DNA of 25,664 bases from Candidatus Methylomirabilota bacterium (GTDB lineage: Bacteria > Methylomirabilota > Methylomirabilia > Rokubacteriales > CSP1-6). Position 1 is the stretch's first letter; every line of letters starts with the position of its first letter. The position numbers were made by a program, and so were the translations under genes. This document shows, piece after piece, positions 1 to 8,687 of this stretch. The notes beneath the pieces were generated by a model. It ran no database searches and had not been told where the DNA came from. It was given only the letters and a program-made list of their open reading frames with translations. The stretch covers positions 1-25,664 of the forward strand of contig JBKPAK010000277.1 in NCBI GenBank assembly GCA_046726415.1, read 5' to 3'.

Positions 1-2
1 GC

Positions 3-539
3 ATGCGGTTGCTCGATGCCGGTGGCGCCTCCTCGCTGTTCACGTGCCACCTCGCGTCCCTGGGCTACGAAGTGCATTCGGCCGACCTCGACGAACGCCT
101 GCTCGAGAATGGGCAGCGCGTGGCCACCACCATGGGCTGGACGAGACTGTTCTCCTACGCGATGGACCTGGGAGACCTCCGCTTCCCTGACGCTCACTTC
201 GATCATGCCTTCTCGATCTGCGTGTTCCAGCACCTGGACTACGAGGTCAAGCAGGCGGCATTGCGGGAGATCGCCCGGTGTCTCAAGCCAGGCGGCTTTC
301 TGGCCCTGACATTCGACTACCGGAACCCGGCGCCCTGCGTCGTCGGGGTGGGAAAGGACCCGTGCCCCAGAAATGCCCTCAGGTCGGAGGCGGACATCCA
401 CCGCAGCTTCTTGAGCAGTGGCCTCTTCCGGATAGTGGGCAACCCCCTCTTCCACGACAATGCGAAGTCGTACCTCCGGCACCCGCGGGACCACCGCCAG
501 CCCTATACCTTCGGGGCCCTCTTCCTGCAGCGCCAGTGA
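3..539 (+). CDS. Class I SAM-dependent methyltransferase (probably 5'-truncated by the window edge)
   Basis: Motif I LLDAGG, acidic residue at the end of strand 2 (HSAD), FPDAHFDHAFSICVFQH and REIARCLKPGG, typical of Methyltransf_11/25. The stop TGA overlaps the next ATG (TGATG, 537-541). Confidence 0.85.
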   Translation: MRLLDAGGASSLFTCHLASLGYEVHSADLDERLLENGQRVATTMGWTRLFSYAMDLGDLRFPDAHFDHAFSICVFQHLDYEVKQAALREIARCLKPGGFLALTFDYRNPAPCVVGVGKDPCPRNALRSEADIHRSFLSSGLFRIVGNPLFHDNAKSYLRHPRDHRQPYTFGALFLQRQ

Positions 540-1120
540 TGGGTCAGGGGGGCCTCGCCCGATTTTCCTTCTTGTTGGGGGCGGGCCTCGTCATGTTCAT
601 GGCGGCCATCGTCGTGATTGCCTCTCTCGGCTTTCTGATGGGCTGGCCGCTTCATCCGCTGACCGTGTGGCTTGCCGGGCTCGTGGTCGTCGTTTTCGCG
701 CGCTGGACGGCGGGCCGATCATTTCCCCAGGCCGTGCCCCGCACGTTCGTCCTCCTCCTCGGTATTGCCCTGATCCTCGGTCTCGCGCTCGCCCTCGAAT
801 GGCACTTCTATGATTTTTCTTCCGATGGCCAGACGTATCACACCACTGGTCTGGTCGAGCTGACCAAGGGTTGGAATCCCCTGCGCGATCCGCCGCGGCC
901 CGTGGGCATCAATGTGCCCCTCAACGTGTACTCGAAGGGGCCGTGGATTGCCGCAGCCGCCCTGTACCAGCTCACCGGCAGCCTGGAAGCCGCCAAGACC
1001 TTCAACCTCATCGTGCTGGTCGCCGCTTTCCTCATCGCGTTTGCCACCCTGGAGACCATCACCCTCGTCGGCTCGGAGTCACAGGTGTGTCTGCCGTGGG
1101 CCGCCCAGCGTCAGCCGTGA
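539..1120 (+). pseudogene. Integral membrane protein, probably the N-terminal remnant of a larger GT-C-like membrane protein
   Basis: ATG at 539 overlaps the upstream stop. Several hydrophobic helices are followed by the loop motif YDFSSDGQTYH...LTKGWNP...YSKGPW seen in long polytopic proteins of glycan loci. The ORF ends abruptly after one more helix in a non-hydrophobic tail (193 aa). Confidence 0.5.
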
Positions 1121-1151
1121 GGAGCCACCTGCTTCACCCGCGGCGCGAGCC

Positions 1152-2129
1152 ATGAACGCCATTCACCTGTCGGTGATCGTGTGCACGTACAACCGGCGCG
1201 ACCTCCTCGCCGGGTGCCTCCAAAGCCTCGCCGCCCAAACGCTCTTCCCCGATCGCTTCGACGTCCTGGTCGTGGACAACAATTCCACCGACGAGACCGC
1301 CGCGGTGGTGGAGGGTCACCGGGCCACCGTGCCGACCCTCCGCTATGTATTCGAACCGGTCCAGGGCCTCTCGCACGCGCGCAATCGGGGCGCGACCGAG
1401 GCGAGGGGAACGCACCTGGTCTACGTGGACGATGACGCGCGACTGCCGCCCACGTACCTGTCGTGCGTTCTCGAGACGCTCGAGCGGACCCAGCCCGACA
1501 TCCTCGGTGGGCCAGTCTACCCTTTCTACACCGAGGCCAAACCGCGGTGGTTCAAGGACCACTACGAGATCCGCCACTACGCCGAGGCATCTGGCTTCTC
1601 CACCACCTGTGGTGTCTCCGGCTCGAACTTCGTCATCCGCAAGGACGTGCTGGCCCGTCTGGGCGGCTTTGACCCCTCGCTCGGGATGCGGGGGGCCGAG
1701 CAGCGCTTCGGCGAGGATCGCAAGGTCCTGGAGACGTATCGAAAGGTCACCCCGGCCGACGCGCAGCGGGTCTACTATGACCTCGATTGCGTGGTCCTCC
1801 ACCATGTCCCTGCTCACAAGATGCGCATCGGCTACGTCCTGGCTCGGGGCTTTCAGGGAGGCCGCATGACAGTGGTCGTCACCGAGCGGGGGGCGACGCC
1901 GACGAGCTTTGCCGCCCTCCTCGTCCGATACCCACGGTCGTTCGCGAAGGTGCTGCGAAGCGGATTCGCCAACGGTTGGCGTCGGGTCGACTGGCTGCAG
2001 ATCGCCCGGAGCCTGGCGATCCAATCGGGTAAGTTTGTCGAAGGAACCCTTCAGATCGGCCGGGCCACGTCGCGACGCCTCCGCCGCATCGGTCGCCCTC
2101 GTCCGTCGACTCTCCGCCCGAATCGTTGA
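1152..2129 (+). CDS. Glycosyltransferase family 2
   Basis: SVIVCTYNR, VVDNNSTD, GLSHARNRG, DxD motif YVDDDA, GSNFVIRK...GGFD and GED. The start at ATG 1152 is inside ORF 912..2129. Confidence 0.93.
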   Translation: MNAIHLSVIVCTYNRRDLLAGCLQSLAAQTLFPDRFDVLVVDNNSTDETAAVVEGHRATVPTLRYVFEPVQGLSHARNRGATEARGTHLVYVDDDARLPPTYLSCVLETLERTQPDILGGPVYPFYTEAKPRWFKDHYEIRHYAEASGFSTTCGVSGSNFVIRKDVLARLGGFDPSLGMRGAEQRFGEDRKVLETYRKVTPADAQRVYYDLDCVVLHHVPAHKMRIGYVLARGFQGGRMTVVVTERGATPTSFAALLVRYPRSFAKVLRSGFANGWRRVDWLQIARSLAIQSGKFVEGTLQIGRATSRRLRRIGRPRPSTLRPNR

Positions 2130-2133
2130 CAGC

Positions 2134-3033
2134 ATGGGCGCGATGCAGCATACAGGACGCATGCCCACCCTTGCCGCCGGCCCCGGGTCGCGCGCGAAGA
2201 CCGAGCCGACGCCCGTTGGTGAAGTCATCATCCGCCCGCCCGGCACCTTCGTGCACCTGGACCTTCCCGAACTCTGGCGTTACCGCAGCACCTTGTGGAG
2301 CAAGGTCAAACAGAGGGTGCGCCTGCAGTACGACGACATGGGCCTCGGGCTCTTCTGGGCGGTCGCCCGGCCCCTCATCATGGTGCTGGTCTTCTGGGCG
2401 TTCCGCGGTCTCTCTCAGGCGCGAACCGGGGTCGACATCCCGTACGTGCTCTACGTCTACAGCGGCCTGGTGGCGTGGTTCTACTTCACGGAAGCCTCGA
2501 CGGCGGTGGCCATGAGTCTCTCCCGTGACGCGGGCCTGATCCAGAAAGTCTACTTCCCCCGCCTCATCAGCCCGCTTTCGCACCTCCTCGGCGAGACCTA
2601 CAACGTGGCCTTGGCAGCGGTTCCTCTGGTCGTCATGATGGTCAGCTTCGGTGAGTACCCCGGCTGGAGCCTGCTCCTCCTGCCCCTTGTGCTCGCGCAA
2701 CTCATGCTGCTGGTCCTCGGCGTCGGCATGGTGTTCTCGTCGCTGATCCTCACCGGGCGGGACTGGGAGCGCGTGCTCCAGTTCTCGCTCTACCTCGGCC
2801 TATGGGTGTCCCCGGTGATCTATTCGGTAGCGATGATTCCCAAGCGATACGAGCTGGTCTACCTTGCGAACCCCATGAGCGGCACCCTCCTTGCCTTGAG
2901 AGCGGCCCTCTTCGGCAGCGTCGACTTCCCCTGGGGGCCGTGGGCGCACGCGTCCGCTTTTTCGGTGGCGCTGGCGGGGCTCGGTCTCTTGCTGTTCCAG
3001 CGCTCCGCGCGCCACCTGGCCGACCGGCTATGA
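2134..3033 (+). CDS. wzm: ABC-2 type polysaccharide export permease (Wzm/RfbA-like)
   Basis: ELWRYR...RLQYDDMGLGLFW, LIQKVYFPR, RD...SPVIY, NPM and about six TM helices. The stop overlaps the wzt start (ATGA 3030-3033). The start is uncertain (2134, 2143 or 2161). Confidence 0.9.
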   Translation: MGAMQHTGRMPTLAAGPGSRAKTEPTPVGEVIIRPPGTFVHLDLPELWRYRSTLWSKVKQRVRLQYDDMGLGLFWAVARPLIMVLVFWAFRGLSQARTGVDIPYVLYVYSGLVAWFYFTEASTAVAMSLSRDAGLIQKVYFPRLISPLSHLLGETYNVALAAVPLVVMMVSFGEYPGWSLLLLPLVLAQLMLLVLGVGMVFSSLILTGRDWERVLQFSLYLGLWVSPVIYSVAMIPKRYELVYLANPMSGTLLALRAALFGSVDFPWGPWAHASAFSVALAGLGLLLFQRSARHLADRL

Positions 3034-4511
3034 ACGACGCCATCGCCGTCAGCGCGGGCACGGTCCCCACCATGAGGGAAGGACGCGCGGAGGACACGAG
3101 TGCCGCGCCTCGCGTGGAGGAGCTGTCGGTCAGCGCGCGAGACCTCTCGAAGCGCTACCGGATTGAGAAGGCGGGCGCGCGAGCGCGGCACGCGGGCCTC
3201 CTCGGGTCATTCGTCCGGCTGCTCGCCAGGCGACCGAACGCGAAGCGGCCGGGCAAGGACTTCTGGGCGCTCCACGGCGTCACGTTCGACATCGCCCGCG
3301 GTGAGCGCGTAGGGGTGATCGGGCGCAACGGCGCCGGGAAGACCACGCTGCTGAAGATCCTCTCCCGCATCGTCGCTCCGACGCGGGGCGAGGCTCGCAT
3401 CCGGGGTCGTGTCACCTCGCTGCTCGAGGTCGGGACCGGCTTCAACGACTCGCTCACCGGGCGCGAGAACATCTTCGTCAACGCCAGCCTGCACGGCCTC
3501 GGGAAGCGAGAGACGGCGGAGCGCTTCGACGAGATCGTCGAGTTCTCCGGGATCGACCACCGGTTCATCGACATGCGGGTGAAGCATTATTCCAGCGGCA
3601 TGCGCGTCCGCCTGGCCTTCAGCGTCGCCGCCCACCTCGACGCCGACATCCTGATGCTCGACGAGGTCCTGGCCGTGGGCGACCTCGCCTTCCAGGAGAA
3701 GTGCCTGGAGCGGGTCGAGGGCATGCTGCAGAGCAAGCGCACCGTGATCTTCGCCTCGCACGACCTCAACTCGGTGACGCGCTTCTGCGACCGCGCCATC
3801 TGGCTTGAGCAGGGTCGGGTCATTTTCGATGGTCCCTCGAAGGAGGCCGTCGCGGCGTACGCGGACGAGGTTCGCCGCGCCATCACTTCCAGGCGCTGGA
3901 TCCGGGCAGCGCCCGGCGCTGGCCCGCCCGTGGGGCCGCCGCCCCGCTCGGGGGGCCTTGGCCCGGCCACGCAGGACGGTGCGGGCGCGGGCTGGCCGGA
4001 CACCGAGGGCGCGGCGTTCCTCGGCGCCGGGGCGGTCATCGAGGAGCCGCCGTGGGCCGAGATGGTCGCCACGAGCGTGATCGACGGCGATCACCGCGAG
4101 CTCAAGGCGGCCACCGTGGATCAGAAGATCGGCATCGAGTTCGTCTACCACGTCCTCCGGAGCGGCAAGGTCATCTTGCCCGCCGCCAATTTCTACACCG
4201 CGGACGACGTCCACATCTTCACCGCGGTATACACCGACCTCGAGCAGATGCGACGGCCCAAGGAGCAGGGCCGCTACCGCTCGGTCGTCTGGATACCGCC
4301 GCATCTGCTCAACGTGGGGCTGGTCAAGGTCGCGGTGAGCCTGACCACGCCGGTGAGTGGCAAGCTCGAGCGCCACGTCGTCATCCCTGCTGCCTTGTCG
4401 TTTGAGGTCTACGAGGCACCCCTGGGCGTCCATTCTGCCCGGGGCTCCTACCGGGACGTGAAGGGCGTCGTGCGGCCCCTCCTCGCCTGGGAGACCGCCC
4501 GCCTCGAGTGA
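3030..4511 (+). CDS. wzt: Polysaccharide ABC exporter ATP-binding subunit with C-terminal Wzt_C-like domain
   Basis: FWALHGVTF, Walker A GRNGAGKTT, signature YSSGM, Walker B LMLDE, H-loop ASHD, and a beta-rich C-terminal extension ending GVVRPLLAW. Confidence 0.93.
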   Translation: MNDAIAVSAGTVPTMREGRAEDTSAAPRVEELSVSARDLSKRYRIEKAGARARHAGLLGSFVRLLARRPNAKRPGKDFWALHGVTFDIARGERVGVIGRNGAGKTTLLKILSRIVAPTRGEARIRGRVTSLLEVGTGFNDSLTGRENIFVNASLHGLGKRETAERFDEIVEFSGIDHRFIDMRVKHYSSGMRVRLAFSVAAHLDADILMLDEVLAVGDLAFQEKCLERVEGMLQSKRTVIFASHDLNSVTRFCDRAIWLEQGRVIFDGPSKEAVAAYADEVRRAITSRRWIRAAPGAGPPVGPPPRSGGLGPATQDGAGAGWPDTEGAAFLGAGAVIEEPPWAEMVATSVIDGDHRELKAATVDQKIGIEFVYHVLRSGKVILPAANFYTADDVHIFTAVYTDLEQMRRPKEQGRYRSVVWIPPHLLNVGLVKVAVSLTTPVSGKLERHVVIPAALSFEVYEAPLGVHSARGSYRDVKGVVRPLLAWETARLE

Positions 4512-4521
4512 CGTTCGCGCC

Positions 4522-5163
4522 ATGGGCGACCTAAACCAGCTCGACTTCGTGCTGGAGAACCGGGCCCGTGTGGAGGGTCCGATCCTCGAGCTCGGCAGCC
4601 GCGACCACGGTAATACCAACGATCTCCGCGGCCACTTCCCGGCCCTGCGGTATGTCGGCGCCGACATGGAGCCTGGGAAGGGAGTAGACGTCGTCTGCGA
4701 CTTCATCGATCCCCTCAAGGCCATCGACGCGCGGCTGGGAGGCGCCCGGTTCCGGACCGTCATCTGCTTCAGCGTCATGGAACATTGCCAGCAACCCTTC
4801 CGGATGGCAGACAACATCACCGCGCTCACCGAGCGGGGGGGCTCGCTGTTCCTGAGCGTGCCGTGGGTCTGGAACATGCACGGCTTCCCCGACGACTACT
4901 GGCGCTTCACGCCGTCGGCGGTGCGCGTGCTCTTTCCTCGGTTCCGGGTGCTCGAGGAACGCTCCTTCTGGTCGACGAAGAACCGCGGCGAGCGCTTTCC
5001 GCTCTCGGTGAAGAAGCTCAACATGAACGAGGCCATGTTCTTTAAGACGCCCGCCCTGGCCGAGGACCTCCGCCGCCAGGGGCTCACGAACTTCCGGCAC
5101 CCCTACTACTGCTACCCGGTGATGCTGAACATGCTCCTGGAGCGCGACGGCGAGGCGGCATGA
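4522..5163 (+). CDS. Class I SAM-dependent methyltransferase
   Basis: ILELGS, YVGADM..G.GVDVVCD, ICFSVMEH and HGFPDDYWRFT, a methyltransferase type common in glycan loci. The stop overlaps the next start (ATGA). Confidence 0.85.
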   Translation: MGDLNQLDFVLENRARVEGPILELGSRDHGNTNDLRGHFPALRYVGADMEPGKGVDVVCDFIDPLKAIDARLGGARFRTVICFSVMEHCQQPFRMADNITALTERGGSLFLSVPWVWNMHGFPDDYWRFTPSAVRVLFPRFRVLEERSFWSTKNRGERFPLSVKKLNMNEAMFFKTPALAEDLRRQGLTNFRHPYYCYPVMLNMLLERDGEAA

Positions 5164-6203
5164 CGCGAGACGAGCTCGCCCGGGCGATCGAGGAAGCGCG
5201 GTCGAGCCGCGTCTATGCGAACTATCTCGCCGTGCGCGACGGCGTGCTCGACATGCTCGACAGGCGCCCCGAGAAAGAGGGCGGGCCCAGCCGGTACTGG
5301 CGCGAGGAGCTGGCCGGCTTCGACTACCTGTTCGACGCCTCGCCCCTGGTCATCGCGAAGCTGCGGGAGCACTGCTACCACCTCACCGGCCTGAGGTCCT
5401 ACGACTATCGCGGCCACCATGAGCACAAGGCGCGTCCCTTCGCCGAGAAGCTCGCGTCGCTCCGCGACGTCGACGGCTCCGGCCTTCTCGTGCCCGAGTC
5501 GCCGTTGCTGGGGGGCTTCGGACACCACATCGATGGCGCATTGATCAACGTCGATACCCTCAAGTTCTACGAGTGCTTGATCGCACTCGACCGGGGCGGC
5601 GCGCTGGCGACGCTGCGCGAGAGGGGGGGCCACGGCAAGGTGGTGATTGAGATCGGTGCGGGCTGGGGCGGCTTCGCCTACCAGCTGCGGACGCTTTGCC
5701 CCCGGGTGAGGTACATCATCGTCGACCTGCCGCAATCGCTCCTCTTCTCGGGGACCTATCTGAAGACCGTCTTCCCGCGGGCGTCGATGCGCCTGGCCAC
5801 CGAGCCGGTCGCCGCCCCTGGGACTGCTGAGACCAACGACGACTTCATCCTGATCCCCCATTTTTTCTTGGCTGACTCGGAGCTTCCCCGTCCCGACCTG
5901 GCCGTCAACGTCGCGTCGTTCCAGGAGATGACCACCGAACAGGTCCAGCGCCATGCCGCGAGCCTGCGCGGGCTGGGGTGCCCGCTCCTCTACAGCCTCA
6001 ACCGGGAGCGCTCGCCTTACAACCCCGAGTTGACCTCGGTGAGCGCGGCCATTTCCGAGTCCTATTCGGTCCAGGAGGTGCCCGTCCTGGACGCGCCCTA
6101 CACCACCCTCGGGCGGGTCCCGGCGGCGCGGCGTGCCGGCGGCGGACCGAGGGCTCCGGAGTCGGAGTACCGTCATCTTCTCGGCCGGAGAATCCCAGGG
6201 TGA
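5160..6203 (+). CDS. Putative sugar O-methyltransferase (TIGR04371-like)
   Basis: PSRYW, VIEIGAGWGGFA, YIIVDLP..L..S..YL and DLAVNVASFQEM match my recollection of this family. Confidence 0.8.
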   Translation: MTRDELARAIEEARSSRVYANYLAVRDGVLDMLDRRPEKEGGPSRYWREELAGFDYLFDASPLVIAKLREHCYHLTGLRSYDYRGHHEHKARPFAEKLASLRDVDGSGLLVPESPLLGGFGHHIDGALINVDTLKFYECLIALDRGGALATLRERGGHGKVVIEIGAGWGGFAYQLRTLCPRVRYIIVDLPQSLLFSGTYLKTVFPRASMRLATEPVAAPGTAETNDDFILIPHFFLADSELPRPDLAVNVASFQEMTTEQVQRHAASLRGLGCPLLYSLNRERSPYNPELTSVSAAISESYSVQEVPVLDAPYTTLGRVPAARRAGGGPRAPESEYRHLLGRRIPG

Positions 6204-6246
6204 CCACACCCGGCCCGCGAAGCCGCCGCGCCTCGGGTAGGGCGCC

Positions 6247-6963
6247 ATGAGAATCCCGCTCCTCTCGAGCCTCGCGTCCGAGCTGTCGCGATCCTCGGCG
6301 GAGCAGCGCCTCCGGCGCCAGGCGCGGGAGTGGACGGTGTCGATGTGGGAGGCCAAGCTCTGGAAGCATTCGAGCTGGCTGGGCATCCCCATCAAGCAGT
6401 GGGGCACCGACCTCATGGTCTTCCAGCAGATGCTGTGGGAACAGCGCCCCTCGGTGGTGGTGGAGACCGGCACTGCGGCGGGCGGCTCCGCGCTGTTCTT
6501 CGCCTCCATCCTCGAGCTCCTGGGCAGCGGCCGGGTGGTCTCGGTGGACATCACCCAGAGCGAGGAGATGAAGTGCACGGTCGCCTCCCGCCCCGGGGGT
6601 GGCCGCGTCGATTTCGTGGCCGGGGATTCCAAGGCTCCGGAGACGCTGACTCGGGTGCGAGAGCTGGTGGGTGGCGACCGAAATGTCCTGGTCCTCCTGG
6701 ACTCGAATCACGGCTACGCCCACGTGAAGGCCGAGCTCGAGGCCTACGCGGAGTTCGTCTCGCCGGGGAACCTTCTGGTGGTGGCGGACACCATCTGCCG
6801 CGAGCTGGCGCGGCTGCCCGGACACGCGCACCTGCGTGAGGACAACCCGCTCCGCGCCGTCGACGAGTTCCTGCGAGAGGACCCGCGCTTCCAACGCGAC
6901 GAGCGCTGGGAGAAATTCCTCGTGACCTTCTCCCCCGGGGGCTTTCTGAGAAGAGTCCGATGA
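6247..6963 (+). CDS. CmcI-family (cephalosporin hydroxylase / rhamnosyl O-methyltransferase-like) methyltransferase
   Basis: WLGIPIKQ..TDL..FQ, VVETGTAAGGS, VSVDI, VLLDSNH...HV..EL..Y, VADT, NP..AV.EFL and PGGFLRR. Confidence 0.88.
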   Translation: MRIPLLSSLASELSRSSAEQRLRRQAREWTVSMWEAKLWKHSSWLGIPIKQWGTDLMVFQQMLWEQRPSVVVETGTAAGGSALFFASILELLGSGRVVSVDITQSEEMKCTVASRPGGGRVDFVAGDSKAPETLTRVRELVGGDRNVLVLLDSNHGYAHVKAELEAYAEFVSPGNLLVVADTICRELARLPGHAHLREDNPLRAVDEFLREDPRFQRDERWEKFLVTFSPGGFLRRVR

Positions 6964-7047
6964 CGGTTCTGCGCCCGACCATCGACCAGCTTCCCTCCAC
7001 GCGCCGCGTGGGGACAGCATCTGCCACGCGGGATATTGCTGGCACGT

Positions 7048-7079
7048 CTGGCCCATTCCCCTCGCACCGATTGGGTCTA
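7048..7079 (+). promoter_or_regulatory. Possible MocR/GabR-family operator (imperfect direct repeat)
   Basis: CTGGCCCA (7048) and TTGGGTCTA (7071) have TGG cores 23 bp apart, upstream of a PLP enzyme. They resemble TauR-type CTGGAC(T/C)TAA direct repeats. Confidence 0.3.
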
Positions 7080-7157
7080 CTACCTCGCCATGGAGGTCAG
7101 CGGAGGCGGCCACCGGGGTGGCTCCGGCCGCGCGCCTCGGCGTCCTCGGAGGACACG

Positions 7158-8687
7158 ATGAGATCCGAACGGCCCACCACGCCGAAACCACTCGCCGTCG
7201 ACCCGCCCGGGCTCGAACCGGAGGAGTTCCGCCGGCTCGGTCACCGCGCGGTCGATCTCATGGCGGACTGTCTGGCGGGGATCGCGGCCGGACCTGTCTT
7301 CACGCCGATGACCCCGGAGGCGCGAGCGGACTTGCTCACCGAGGTGCTGCCCGAGACGGGCGGCGAGCCCAACGCGATTCTCGAGCGGTTCGCCGCCACC
7401 GTCCTCCCGCATCCCATGGGCAACGGGCATCCTCGCTTCTTCGGCTGGGTCAATTCGGCGCCGTCGCCGATCGGCGCGGTCGCGGATTTCGTAGCTGCCG
7501 CCATGAACCCGAGCTGCGCCGGCGGGGACCACGCGGCGATCTACGTGGAACGGGCGGCCACGCTCTGGCTCATGGAGCTGCTGGGTTTCCCCATCGACGG
7601 CAGCATGGGCCTGCTGGTGAGCGGAGGGTCGATGGCGACGGTGACCTGTCTGGCCGCGGCCCGCCAGCGCGCCGCCTCGGCGATGGGCTGGAACGTGCGC
7701 ACCGATGGACTCCAGTCCGGTCGACCACGGCTCGTCCTCTACATGTCCGCCGAAGGGCACAGCTGCGTGCGCAAGGCCGCCGAGCTTCTCGGACTCGGCA
7801 GCGACGCGGTTCGCATCCTGCCGCCCGACGGCGACTTCCGACTCGATCCCGGCGCCGTCGCGGAGGCGGTGGCCCGCGACCGCGCGGCTGGTCTCGTCCC
7901 GTTCTGCGTGGTGGCCAGCGCCGGAACGGTGTCGACGGGCGCAATCGATCCGCTGGATGCGCTGGCCGATCTCTGTACCGGCCAGGGGCTGTGGCTGCAC
8001 GTGGACGGCGCCTACGGGTCGATCGCCGCCGTGGCCCCGGAGCGCGCGGCGCGTTTCCGCGGTCTTGCCCGCGCGGACTCGATCGCTCTGGATCCGCACA
8101 AATGGCTCTCGGTTCCCGTCGAGTGCGGCGCGGCGCTGCTGCGGGATGGCGCCGTCCTCCGCGACGCGTTCAGCCTGGTGCCTGCCTACCTGCGCACGGA
8201 GGAGGGAAAGGGGTTCGGCGGGCCGCCGTGGTTCTCCGAGTATGGCGCTCAGCAGACGCGTGGCTTCCGGGCCCTCAAGCTCTGGATGACGCTCCAGCAC
8301 CTCGGGCGGCAGGGCGTGCAGCGCCTCGTCTCGCGCCACCTTGCCCTCGCTACGCGCCTGGCCGAGCTGATCGACGCCGCGCCCGACCTGGAGCGCCTCG
8401 CCCCCGTCGAACTCTCGATTGTCTGTTTCCGCTTCGCACGACGCGGTGGCGAGCTCGGCGGTTCGGCGCTCGACGCCCTCAACAAGCGCATCATGGAATG
8501 CGTTCAGGCCGAGGGGCGCGCTTTCGTGACCAACGCCGTCCTGCGCGATCGCTTCGCACTCCGGGCTTGTGTCCTTCACTACGCCACGAGCGAGAGCGAT
8601 CTCCGCATGCTGGTGGATACGGTGCGCGAGGTGGGCGCGCGGTGCCTCCTCGAGCCCGCCGCACCTCGACGAGGAGATGGGCGATGA
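7158..8687 (+). CDS. Group II PLP-dependent amino-acid decarboxylase (aromatic-L-amino-acid decarboxylase family)
   Basis: EEFRRLGH, HPRFFGW, GLLVSGGS, AGTVSTGAID, WLHVDGAYG, PLP lysine DPHKW and RGFRALKLW. RBS GGAGG precedes ATG 7158. Confidence 0.92.
   Translation: MRSERPTTPKPLAVDPPGLEPEEFRRLGHRAVDLMADCLAGIAAGPVFTPMTPEARADLLTEVLPETGGEPNAILERFAATVLPHPMGNGHPRFFGWVNSAPSPIGAVADFVAAAMNPSCAGGDHAAIYVERAATLWLMELLGFPIDGSMGLLVSGGSMATVTCLAAARQRAASAMGWNVRTDGLQSGRPRLVLYMSAEGHSCVRKAAELLGLGSDAVRILPPDGDFRLDPGAVAEAVARDRAAGLVPFCVVASAGTVSTGAIDPLDALADLCTGQGLWLHVDGAYGSIAAVAPERAARFRGLARADSIALDPHKWLSVPVECGAALLRDGAVLRDAFSLVPAYLRTEEGKGFGGPPWFSEYGAQQTRGFRALKLWMTLQHLGRQGVQRLVSRHLALATRLAELIDAAPDLERLAPVELSIVCFRFARRGGELGGSALDALNKRIMECVQAEGRAFVTNAVLRDRFALRACVLHYATSESDLRMLVDTVREVGARCLLEPAAPRRGDGR

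Noticed and set aside
7039..7055. TGGCACG resembling a sigma-54 -24 element
   Set aside because: There is no TTGC -12 element at the required spacing.
7118..8683. Apparent 818-aa ORF fusing a long N-terminal region to the LLM oxidoreductase
   Set aside because: The extension is an Arg/Gly/Pro-rich alternate frame of the decarboxylase. The real start is ATG 8684, with an RBS and ATGA coupling.
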